This document shows, piece by piece, positions 37,449-46,304 of a stretch of DNA of 64,000 nucleotides. The notes under the pieces are model-generated. The model had not been told where the DNA came from. It made no database searches and saw only the letters and a list, made by a program, of their open reading frames with translations. The DNA is from a virus: IMG/VR virus record IMGVR_UViG_3300024327_000544. One strand, written 5' to 3'. Each line of letters opens with the position of its first letter. Position 1 is the first letter of the stretch. The position numbers were made by a program, and so were the translations under genes.

Positions 37449-38891
37449 TTAGCTCCTGTTGGCAATAATTTTGGAAATCATCTTACTGACTCTTTCCGCT
37501 TGTTGTTCGCGTTTTTTATTTTGTTCTGATTTAAACTCCTCTCCCGGAGTCAAATCTACAAGGTACTGTCTATATTTATCTGTTCCGATTTCTAACTGTC
37601 GGCCTTCTTTAGCTCTATCCTTGTGCCATTCCTTTAAACCAAGTATTTTTTGTAATTTAGAACTTACTGGTTTATTAATATCTATGTTATTTGTAGGCAA
37701 TTCATCTATTCGTTCATTCATATAAGAAAGATTTGCTATGTCATAATCAACATTTTCACCTAACAATGTAATAAAATCGGCGGCCTTCTTTGTGTGCTCT
37801 CTCATCCGCGATACTTCCCATAATGCTACTTTAATCGCGCCACCAAATGCCATTTCATACTTTTCCCAAAATTCTTCTGTTTCTTTTAAAGCACGTTTAT
37901 AATATTCTTGTTTGGGCTTCGTTGTAGCAAATTGTTGTAGATATTGAAACACTTCTTTTGTATATTCTTCCACATGATAAGTCTTATTCTCATAATGAAT
38001 CTTATCCATACATAATGATTCTTTATCTACCGAAGAAGAAGGTGGTGCTTTTGCCGGCACTGGCTTATTTTTTACTTTAACAACCGGACTCGCAGGTTTC
38101 GCTCCTGAATCTGCTTTTTGCATTATACTATCTATTCCTGCATCATCGTTTGTTCTTGGTGGAGCAGTTTTAGATACAAATTTTCCCATTGCTGCTTTAG
38201 GATCCTTAGTAGTATTCTTCATTGGAGCAATCGGTTTCCCAGGACCCAATTTTTCTTTTATTTGTGCTTCAATAACAGATAATCTCATACCTTTTCGTAA
38301 TGATTGATATAATGAACGTTTATCTTTATCAGATAAATTATCTGGTAAACCTTCTTTAAAATTATCAAAATCACCATCAACGGCATGTGATCTTAATTTA
38401 GAAGCTGACATTCCTGTGGCATCGTCTGCATCTGGATCTCTTTCACCAGCGCTTTCTATTTCTATTTTTTTAAAATCATAAAAACCATGAGCTTTGCCAT
38501 CAACACCATTATATTGAGGTAACAATTTTTTAAATTGATTTACTCTATCACTTCCTACAACCATAATAACTTCTTCATATCCTTCATCATGTAATAATGA
38601 AAGGGATTTCAATGCATCTTTAGGTTGATCACCTGAATACTTAAAAATGTCTTCGCCTTTCGGTTTAAACATTTTTTTCATCCATTTAATCTTTTCTTTA
38701 TATTCTAATGGATTCTTTTTAGAATCTTGTGTAGAACTAGGGAATATAAAAGCATCACCACGATTGCGTTTAGCAACTGCGGTTACCTTATTAACTAAAA
38801 TCTCGTGTCCAATTGTAGGGGGGTTAAACCGACCAAAAGCAAATACTGCTGTCTTTAACGACCCTTCCCGTAATTGAGTAAATGAAATCAC
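37449..38891 (-). CDS. HIGH-superfamily nucleotidyltransferase (T4-like 'cytidyltransferase') with long C-terminal extension
   Basis: FGRFNPPTIGH, KNPL, VVGSDR and GMSASKLR. Confidence 0.85.
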   Translation of the reverse strand: MISFTQLREGSLKTAVFAFGRFNPPTIGHEILVNKVTAVAKRNRGDAFIFPSSTQDSKKNPLEYKEKIKWMKKMFKPKGEDIFKYSGDQPKDALKSLSLLHDEGYEEVIMVVGSDRVNQFKKLLPQYNGVDGKAHGFYDFKKIEIESAGERDPDADDATGMSASKLRSHAVDGDFDNFKEGLPDNLSDKDKRSLYQSLRKGMRLSVIEAQIKEKLGPGKPIAPMKNTTKDPKAAMGKFVSKTAPPRTNDDAGIDSIMQKADSGAKPASPVVKVKNKPVPAKAPPSSSVDKESLCMDKIHYENKTYHVEEYTKEVFQYLQQFATTKPKQEYYKRALKETEEFWEKYEMAFGGAIKVALWEVSRMREHTKKAADFITLLGENVDYDIANLSYMNERIDELPTNNIDINKPVSSKLQKILGLKEWHKDRAKEGRQLEIGTDKYRQYLVDLTPGEEFKSEQNKKREQQAERVSKMISKIIANRS

Positions 38892-40099
38892 ATTCCCCCT
38901 CGAACCTTATCGAGATATGCGTCTTTAACAGACTGGTTTAATTTGTCGTTAGACATTTTTTCAAAACCCTTTACTTCTTCCACATCCTCTTTGTCTTTTG
39001 CTGCTTTTTCTGCTATTCTCAAAACCGAGGCAGCTAGATCACTTTTTGGTCCTGTGAACGGTCCGCTACCAAAATAATCATGACTCTCGTTTTGTTCTTT
39101 CTTCTCATCGCTCTTTCCAGAATACTTACTCTTTCCTTTCATTTCACCCTTGGAGAGAGGTCCTAGCTTTTCAAAGTCTTTATCTCTTGGTTTCTCCCAC
39201 TCTTCTTTTTCTACATTCCCCGTTTTCTTGTTAGCAGCTTTACCAAATTTAAATGCTTGATAATCTTTTTTTGCTGCTTTGAAATCTGCACGTTTCGATT
39301 TAAGATTTTGTCCTGGTGGTTGACTAGTGTCACCAACTCTTGAAGCGGCTTTAGCCGATACGGCTCTTTGTTGTCCAGCTTTCGCTTTAGCTGATTGTTG
39401 CGCGCGTTGTAATAAGCCTTTTGAAAGTTCATCAACAGGTTCTTCTGTAGATGTATAACTGTTATACATATTCCTCTTAACACTACTTAATCTCTTATCA
39501 CGGGAATCTTGGCTTTCGGGCTTGGCCGGCTTTTCGCCAGCTGCCGCACTGAATTTTGCGGATTGTTTCTCTCTCTTCTCTGCCTTCTTCTTTGTCGCCT
39601 TCTCCCTTTCTGTCCTTCCTCCGTCAAACGCTGCCAAATCATGGTGGTCTTTTTGTTTCTCCATATCTTTGTGTGCTGCACTTGCGGCTCGCTTTAAAAG
39701 ACCAGTTGTAATTTCAGCGAAAGTCTTCTTAATATCTCCGCCGCCCTTCCATTCTATTCTTGCATCAGAGGCTTCTTCTTTTGGGCCGTATCCTTTAGGT
39801 GTTACATCTTTAATATTAAGTTTTTCTCTACCTTTTGCAATACGAGCTGCGACTTCTGGTTTTAAATCACCTTTTTTGTCAAAAAACTTTGCAAGGTGAG
39901 GTGGTAACTTTGATGCTTCTTCCATCTCAACTTCTCCTGCTCTTGCCCTTTTAAGCTTAGCTTGAGTTTCTGGAGAAGAAGGAGTTTCTCTAGCCTTCTT
40001 CCTTCTCTCTGATTCTTTTCTTTTATTATCATACATATCTATGCCGGATGAATCAACTTCATTAACTGGAGATTCTGTATATTCTTTATATGTTTTCAC
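38888..40099 (-). CDS. Lys/Glu-rich internal-head-like protein with internal repeats
   Basis: MKTYKEYTE N-terminus; repeats AEITTGLLKRA and DELSKGLLQRA. Confidence 0.6.
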   Translation of the reverse strand: MKTYKEYTESPVNEVDSSGIDMYDNKRKESERRKKARETPSSPETQAKLKRARAGEVEMEEASKLPPHLAKFFDKKGDLKPEVAARIAKGREKLNIKDVTPKGYGPKEEASDARIEWKGGGDIKKTFAEITTGLLKRAASAAHKDMEKQKDHHDLAAFDGGRTEREKATKKKAEKREKQSAKFSAAAGEKPAKPESQDSRDKRLSSVKRNMYNSYTSTEEPVDELSKGLLQRAQQSAKAKAGQQRAVSAKAASRVGDTSQPPGQNLKSKRADFKAAKKDYQAFKFGKAANKKTGNVEKEEWEKPRDKDFEKLGPLSKGEMKGKSKYSGKSDEKKEQNESHDYFGSGPFTGPKSDLAASVLRIAEKAAKDKEDVEEVKGFEKMSNDKLNQSVKDAYLDKVRGGM

Positions 40100-40362
40100 C
40101 AGTCGCTCCTATCTCCGCCACCCTTCCATTCTATTCTTGCATCGGTACCTTCTTCGATAGCATCTAAGAACCCTTGTAACATATATGGTAATTTTTGTGG
40201 ACGTCTCATAAACTTATGAACATAGTCCTCATATACTTGTGCTAGTTTATTTTTAATTCTATCAGGCGCGGAATCAATGCAATCACGTAATGCATCAATC
40301 AACTGGTCAGAATACTTAGATTCTTTCAGGTCGCGCTTTGAGAATTCTTTGTAATTTTTCAT
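40096..40362 (-). CDS. Small putative internal head protein
   Basis: MKNYKEF..LKE N-terminus. The ATG overlaps the upstream TGA. Confidence 0.6.
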   Translation of the reverse strand: MKNYKEFSKRDLKESKYSDQLIDALRDCIDSAPDRIKNKLAQVYEDYVHKFMRRPQKLPYMLQGFLDAIEEGTDARIEWKGGGDRSDW

Positions 40363-41585
40363 TGGTCCCAATCCTTTTCTGCGGTAAAATTTATTCTACT
40401 AAATTCCATTCTGTTAACTAATTTTAATCCCTTACCAGAATCAAATGAGTCAATAGCAACAAACCCTTCTGGTTTTGTTACTTTATACCCGGATGAGGTT
40501 TTAATAAAGGTAGAAGTTAAACCTTTTACCTCTTCTAACTTCTCTACAATATATAGCTTAATATTATTTATTAAAGCCATTATACGAAAAACAGTACCTA
40601 TCTGATCTATATTCCCATTTAATTTCTTTAAGTATTCATCAACAGTCATTTGTTTTCGTGTACGACCTTTTTCTGATTTTAACTTTGCAACATCTTTATC
40701 TAACTTAGCTTTAATAAATTTTACACAATCTCTTGCTAACCTTTCTTCTATAAATTCACCTTCTCTGACTTTAGAATTTATATAGGTCTTAATATGAACT
40801 TTTAATATATTATCATCTTTGATACTATCAAGAAAACGACCATTGACTTTATTAAAATCTTTTCCTAACTGAGACAACATATCTGTTACTTTCTTTTCAT
40901 CTGCCTTTGTAAATGTTGCTGTTCCACTTACATCTGTAAAGTCCGCATTAACAGCCCAAACATCCTTATGTGATGTCCATTGATTTACATCTGCACCAAA
41001 CTCAGCTTTCAAATCTGCTAAGTCTTCTTGTCCTGCTGTTCTGTATGTTGTATGAAAAACAATTCCAATCTTTGCTTTAATTATGGCATTTGCTAATTCT
41101 GTATTTAAAGGAACGGCATAAGTTATCGTATTAGGTGTAAACGTAATCTGTCTTTCCTTATCAATTGTCTGTATCTTCTTATCTTTATCCTCTGTCCAAA
41201 GAACATCACCTTGAAAAATATTACCTGGAATCTTTAACTTAGGTAAATGTTCTAATAAAGCACTCATTTTAGCATGAAGAGGGCCGCCACCGAAATGTTC
41301 ATCAACATCAGCTTGAATAAAACATGGGCGTCTCATTGACTTATAATCAACAAAGAATTTTCCATTAGGATGGATACCGGCGACTATAGCAGGAGCGCCA
41401 TCCCATTTAACAGTAACATTAACTGCTTCTTTATTATGACCGGCTAACATGTTTCTTAAAGATCTTAAAAAATCAATAGCACCTCTAGTACCATTAACAC
41501 CACCATTCAACACCTCATCTTCGAGATGTTCCATATGAAGATTTTTTCCAGAGGCTTCTGCAAGAAATTGTTTATATTGTTTCAC
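40359..41585 (-). CDS. ATP-dependent RNA/DNA ligase-superfamily nucleotidyltransferase-like protein (recalled as DUF6267-type)
   Basis: VTVKWDGAPA (motif I), IFQGD (III), IVFH (IIIa), PEGFVA (IV) and LKLV (V). N-terminus MKQYKQFLAEA. Confidence 0.65.
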   Translation of the reverse strand: MKQYKQFLAEASGKNLHMEHLEDEVLNGGVNGTRGAIDFLRSLRNMLAGHNKEAVNVTVKWDGAPAIVAGIHPNGKFFVDYKSMRRPCFIQADVDEHFGGGPLHAKMSALLEHLPKLKIPGNIFQGDVLWTEDKDKKIQTIDKERQITFTPNTITYAVPLNTELANAIIKAKIGIVFHTTYRTAGQEDLADLKAEFGADVNQWTSHKDVWAVNADFTDVSGTATFTKADEKKVTDMLSQLGKDFNKVNGRFLDSIKDDNILKVHIKTYINSKVREGEFIEERLARDCVKFIKAKLDKDVAKLKSEKGRTRKQMTVDEYLKKLNGNIDQIGTVFRIMALINNIKLYIVEKLEEVKGLTSTFIKTSSGYKVTKPEGFVAIDSFDSGKGLKLVNRMEFSRINFTAEKDWDQ

Positions 41586-43111
41586 CTTACTCCCAATTTC
41601 CGTTTCATATCCGCAAAACTTTTTCCAAGATCTCTATCAGCATTATCTCTACCAAATTTCAATTCATTTTTAAGAGAAAAATACCTGTCCAAAGCTGCTC
41701 CAAGTTCATCGCTCACCTTTTTAAAATCTTCCGGTGAATTGTTATCATTCATCAAACCTTTTGAAGAGTAGCCAATTGGCTTACCTCTTTTATTTTTTAG
41801 AGCTTTCACACTAGAATATTCAAAAGCCTGTTTATTAGATTGTTTTTTACTAAGTGATTTAAAAGTTGATTCTAATGAACTTCTTATTGCATTTTTTTCT
41901 TTTATCTTTTTCTCAAAATCGGTATCACCAGGATCAAAAATTGCTTCATTTTTGAAAGGACCTGTTTTTATTCTTGTAGATGATCCTGTACCAGAAAAAC
42001 CTCCTCCTCCAGTCCATCTTAACATCCATTCAGTACCTGGATTCCATTCTTTAGAAGTATAGAGATCTTTCCCATCTTTAAATGAGATGACATCCAATGA
42101 TATTTTATCAAATAATGTAACATAATCCCATCCATGTTCTTTATAATCATTTAATGCATTGGCGTTCCATTGTTTTATAAATTCATTAGGATCGGTTAAT
42201 CCATTCTTTACAGTCTTATTAAAAACATATTTCGAGGCTTTGTCAAAAGGCATTGCTTCAACACAAATATCATGCCATAGTTTTTCGCAAGCTTTATCTG
42301 CTTGTCTTTGTGAACCGCCATTTTTTTCCATCCATAAAGTAGTATATTTTTTACTACCAAGAGAAAGGGCTTTAGGTATACCACCTTGCGCATTGCTATC
42401 CTTATAAACACTTCTACCTCCAAGACCCATTTTATCTGCTTCTTTTGCTGTTATATCGCTACCTAAATCTTTGAACGCATTAATAAAAAATAATTTAGCA
42501 TCTGCAAATTTGTCAGGTTTGGAAAACGTGCCACCAGATGCTTTAAGTTCTACATTATAACCGTCTGCTAATTTGACATCGCCTTTATTATCAGCATTAC
42601 CCTTCGTTGCTCCGGGAGTAGCTAAAATAAATAAAATTTCACCTGGACCAATATTCTGATTATCTATTTTTGTTATATTTTCTATAAACTTATCTTTAAC
42701 TTTTGGCCATATGGGGCTTCTAGTATTAACATATGAATCTAATCTTACTACTTTTTTGTGACTATCTTGTACCATTTTTTTACAATCAAATACTTCACCG
42801 GCTAAAAGTTCTTTTAAAAAATCCATTTGGTCATTAGCTGGTGCACCTGATTTATTAATTGCTAAAATGATAGAGTCAATAAAAGCTTCTTTATTCATTT
42901 TTATGTTAGCAGTTTTACACTTCTCATCAAGAAGAGCAACCATAACATCTCGTTGCATAGCTTCGAGAACAGATCTTAAAACCTCATCTTCTTGAACATC
43001 TTCGATTTTATCGAGCACTTGTTTTTTGAGTGCGGGCGTTACTCTTTCTAAGAGAGTTCGAATATCCTTCTTAATATAACCCGGTGCCATAAAAGTTGTA
43101 TATGTTTTCAT
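41582..43111 (-). CDS. Hypothetical protein with PD-(D/E)xK nuclease-like motif
   Basis: IGPGE..GDVKLADGYNVELKAS. Start refined to MKTYTTF at 43111. Confidence 0.5.
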   Translation of the reverse strand: MKTYTTFMAPGYIKKDIRTLLERVTPALKKQVLDKIEDVQEDEVLRSVLEAMQRDVMVALLDEKCKTANIKMNKEAFIDSIILAINKSGAPANDQMDFLKELLAGEVFDCKKMVQDSHKKVVRLDSYVNTRSPIWPKVKDKFIENITKIDNQNIGPGEILFILATPGATKGNADNKGDVKLADGYNVELKASGGTFSKPDKFADAKLFFINAFKDLGSDITAKEADKMGLGGRSVYKDSNAQGGIPKALSLGSKKYTTLWMEKNGGSQRQADKACEKLWHDICVEAMPFDKASKYVFNKTVKNGLTDPNEFIKQWNANALNDYKEHGWDYVTLFDKISLDVISFKDGKDLYTSKEWNPGTEWMLRWTGGGGFSGTGSSTRIKTGPFKNEAIFDPGDTDFEKKIKEKNAIRSSLESTFKSLSKKQSNKQAFEYSSVKALKNKRGKPIGYSSKGLMNDNNSPEDFKKVSDELGAALDRYFSLKNELKFGRDNADRDLGKSFADMKRKLGVR

Positions 43112-43118
43112 TTTTTCT

Positions 43119-43346
43119 CTATGGTACAATTACCGTATCCCCTTTTGTCCACTTGTCCATAATATCATTAAGTTCTTTAGCCATCTTTTTAATTGAATTA
43201 GCTTCCGCGCCCATCTGACCGTTATTCCGGGCCCATCTAGTAATTCTATTAGCGCGCTTAGCTACATCCTCTATTGATTTTACAGCTAACTTACTAAATG
43301 CCATAGTCTCTAGAACTTCTTTTGCAGAATCTGCTACGTTATCCAT
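43119..43346 (-). CDS. Small hypothetical protein
   Basis: ATG at 43346 (MDNVAD) immediately after the upstream stop. Confidence 0.55.
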   Translation of the reverse strand: MDNVADSAKEVLETMAFSKLAVKSIEDVAKRANRITRWARNNGQMGAEANSIKKMAKELNDIMDKWTKGDTVIVP

Positions 43347-43347
43347 A

Positions 43348-43869
43348 TTACTTCCCTGAATTTTGCTTACACCATTGTTCAATTGATTTGACCAATTTTT
43401 TATCAATTGAAGTTAATTTTCCATTTAAATTCTCACTCGCTCCATGAATATCTACTGGGTCACCGGCTAGCCAACCGGGAAGAGTACCCTGTAAATTGTG
43501 CCATTTCATGTTGCGGTTTCCTTTGTTGCGACCTATGGGGTCGTATACATCATCAGAATCATCAAGAAGCTTCGTCACATCCTTTCCTTTTTTATCTTGA
43601 AGGGTTATCGAAACGTTCCTAATTTCTTCTTTGTATCCTTCTCCTCCTTTTTCGCCTTCAATCATAATTCCCGGAATAATAAAGAAGTCTCCACATTTTA
43701 TTTTTTTACCGTAATGGTTACCAGTACTATAATCTGTTTCAAGCTTATCGAACTGTTTAAAGCCTTTTTCAATATCACGAGCAAGATCTTCTTTTATATA
43801 TCCACCAAAATGCCCTCCGCTTAATCCATCCGTCCATCCTTCGAGGGTTAAATCCTTATAAGTTTTCAT
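43348..43869 (-). CDS. Hypothetical protein with capsid-targeting-like N-terminus
   Basis: MKTYKDLTLEG with an AAGGA SD. Confidence 0.65.
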   Translation of the reverse strand: MKTYKDLTLEGWTDGLSGGHFGGYIKEDLARDIEKGFKQFDKLETDYSTGNHYGKKIKCGDFFIIPGIMIEGEKGGEGYKEEIRNVSITLQDKKGKDVTKLLDDSDDVYDPIGRNKGNRNMKWHNLQGTLPGWLAGDPVDIHGASENLNGKLTSIDKKLVKSIEQWCKQNSGK

Positions 43870-43908
43870 ATTTTCCTTTTTGATTAATTATTAATATAGT
43901 TTACTTAA

Positions 43909-44529
43909 CTATTTAGTCTTTTTAAGATACCGATATTTTTCTTTTGCCAGTGTTCTCATCTTATCTGCAACCTTAGTATCTATTGTAGCATACCTTGCAT
44001 ATGCATCGCAAGCTTTTTCTTTCTTTTTATAAAGAAACATGTCAAAAGCCAGTTCAGAACTGTAAGCATCTATCTCAAAGGGGCTTGAAAAATAATCAGA
44101 ATCGGAATTAAATGCTTGTCCGTCTTTACTATCATCAAATTGCAACGAATGGGTTAATTCATGGACAAATGTAAGAACAAATTGTTCTTTATATCTTTCC
44201 CATTGTTCTTCTGGAATGTATAATTGGTGGGTATATAGTTCTGGGGATAAATTTACTGTAATCTCTATCTCAGATTCAGAATAGTGTTCTTGTGGTACAT
44301 TTGCTGCACCATCATATGTTAATTCATATAATGCATGTGTTCTATCTTTTCTTATATTAATATAACAAGGAAATCCTAATTGTTCTTCGATTAGTTCTCC
44401 CATTTTGAGAGAACAATTTCGCCAGGATGTTATATATTTTAATGTTGATTCATTATATGCCCTTTCAAAGCATTTAAAAGACTGACATGCTGTTTCTATA
44501 TTTTCTTTAATAAGATCTAATTCATTCAT
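43909..44529 (-). CDS. HExxH zinc-metallopeptidase-like protein
   Basis: FVHELTHSLQ..Y..SPFEIDAY. Start refined to 44529, overlapping the gp41 stop. Confidence 0.55.
   Translation of the reverse strand: MNELDLIKENIETACQSFKCFERAYNESTLKYITSWRNCSLKMGELIEEQLGFPCYINIRKDRTHALYELTYDGAANVPQEHYSESEIEITVNLSPELYTHQLYIPEEQWERYKEQFVLTFVHELTHSLQFDDSKDGQAFNSDSDYFSSPFEIDAYSSELAFDMFLYKKKEKACDAYARYATIDTKVADKMRTLAKEKYRYLKKTK
43910..43917 (-). promoter_or_regulatory. Late-promoter-like ACTAAATA
   Basis: Variant of the T4 late -10 element at the head of the MKTY gene cluster. Confidence 0.45.
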
Positions 44530-45934
44530 ATTGGAAAGCACCGAAGTCCGCTTTATTGCGCATTCTATTGCCAGTGGATTGATCAAATAATGGTTCATCA
44601 TCATCTTGCCCACTATCTGCAATATCGTCTTGGGCTTTTTGTTCTACGTCATATAATCTCATTTTAGGTCTATCTATTCCAACAATGAACTTCTTATAAG
44701 ATGTAGGATCATTATATCTATTTTTTAATTGTTTTACAAGTAATTGATTTAACTGTTCCATTTCATCTGAAGATATTATAGCAAACATAAAGTCTGCTGT
44801 TGCTGGTAAACCAAAACTTTCAGATGTATCTTCTAATCCTATATCTGTACTTGTAAATCCTGTTCTTGTAGTCTGTGTTGCAGAAAGAATTGGGACATTA
44901 AATTCTACTGCTAATCCTCTCAATTCTTCTGCAATTGATTTAATATAAGTATACGAATTTACGTTTGATCCTGTTCTAATTCTTGCGCTTGAACATATAT
45001 TCAAATAATCTATGAATATTATATCAGGAGTAAAATTACGTTTCAACTTTAATTCTGATAAAAGATTTTTAAAATGCATTGCGCTTGCTGATGCAGTAGG
45101 ATATTCTTTAATAATAATTTTACCCTTAGTCTTTGCATTTATCTTATCAATTTTCTTTTGATACATATCCCTTGAAAGTTCTTCTAATTGACTAATAGGT
45201 ATATCTAAAAGATTTGCATCTATTCTTTCAGCGATCCTTTCTTCAGCCATTTCCAAAGTAATATAAAGAACATTCTTGTTTATGGATAAACAACTAGCAG
45301 CATGATGGCACATAAAAAGAGACTTACCAACACCAGTTCCAGCAAGACATATATTAAGAGTTTTATTAGGTAACCCTCCTTTAGTGATCTTATTAAACAT
45401 TTCAAGGTCGAATTCAATCTTCTCTTCAACTCTATGATAAAATTCAAATCTTTCATTTGCATCTTCAATAAAATCATGACCTACATGAGGATCAAATGAT
45501 ACTGCTAATGCATCTGACAATAAAGACGGAATAGCGCCTTTTTGTAAATTTGTTTTATTGTCGTTACCTTCTAAAATAGCAATCGCATCAACAACTGCAT
45601 TATAGATTGCTTTATCTTGACAGAAGGTTTCCGATTGTTCAATAAGCCAAGCAGTTACATCTTTATCCTCAGGTTTATCTAAGGTATTAATTATTTCTGT
45701 AGCTTTTTGGTATTCATTCTCATGCAAACCTTCTTGTTGATCTAAATCAATTAGAAGACTTTGTTTTGTGGGTAGACTATTATGTTTAACAATATAATCT
45801 TGTACCTGTTTGAAGATAAGTTTTTCTGCATTATCTTCAAAATATTCTTGCCTTATATAAGGGGAAACTTTTCGGGAAAAAGGTTCATTGTGTATCAAAT
45901 GAGATAGTATTAGGTGCTCTATCCGTTGATTCAT
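44522..45934 (-). CDS. gp41: Replicative DNA helicase (T4 gp41)
   Basis: LAGTGVGKS Walker A, ITLEMAEE, IFIDYLN, SATQTTR and SESFGLPATAD. Confidence 0.96.
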   Translation of the reverse strand: MNQRIEHLILSHLIHNEPFSRKVSPYIRQEYFEDNAEKLIFKQVQDYIVKHNSLPTKQSLLIDLDQQEGLHENEYQKATEIINTLDKPEDKDVTAWLIEQSETFCQDKAIYNAVVDAIAILEGNDNKTNLQKGAIPSLLSDALAVSFDPHVGHDFIEDANERFEFYHRVEEKIEFDLEMFNKITKGGLPNKTLNICLAGTGVGKSLFMCHHAASCLSINKNVLYITLEMAEERIAERIDANLLDIPISQLEELSRDMYQKKIDKINAKTKGKIIIKEYPTASASAMHFKNLLSELKLKRNFTPDIIFIDYLNICSSARIRTGSNVNSYTYIKSIAEELRGLAVEFNVPILSATQTTRTGFTSTDIGLEDTSESFGLPATADFMFAIISSDEMEQLNQLLVKQLKNRYNDPTSYKKFIVGIDRPKMRLYDVEQKAQDDIADSGQDDDEPLFDQSTGNRMRNKADFGAFQYE

Positions 45935-46304
45935 CGTCCTCCACAAAAGTTATTGGGTTTGTCATTTCTGCGTTGTCTTGTTCTAAATATCTGTCCCATA
46001 ATAATTTCACTAATATTTCACCAATCATAAATTCAAATTCTTCACCCTCTTCATCGGTGTGTTCAACACCTTCTAATTCGGGTGGTACCATTATAATATC
46101 ATATTCATACTTAGCAGTACTTTCATCTTCTGCATCTGGCGGGGCCACTTGAAATTTACCATACTTATAAGTGACACCTTTAAAGGGTCCGGTTGTCATC
46201 TCTATACATTGTTGTGTAACATCATTAGGATGTTCTGGATGAGGAACTAATCTATAATAAGTATTAATCCTAACATAATCCTCTTGTGTTAATTCATTCC
46301 CCAT
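45885..46304 (-). CDS. Probable gp40-like head vertex assembly chaperone
   Basis: Lies between uvsX and gp41 as in T4. G.FKGV.YKYG and FE..IG.IL pattern. Confidence 0.5.
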   Translation of the reverse strand: MGNELTQEDYVRINTYYRLVPHPEHPNDVTQQCIEMTTGPFKGVTYKYGKFQVAPPDAEDESTAKYEYDIIMVPPELEGVEHTDEEGEEFEFMIGEILVKLLWDRYLEQDNAEMTNPITFVEDDESTDRAPNTISFDTQ

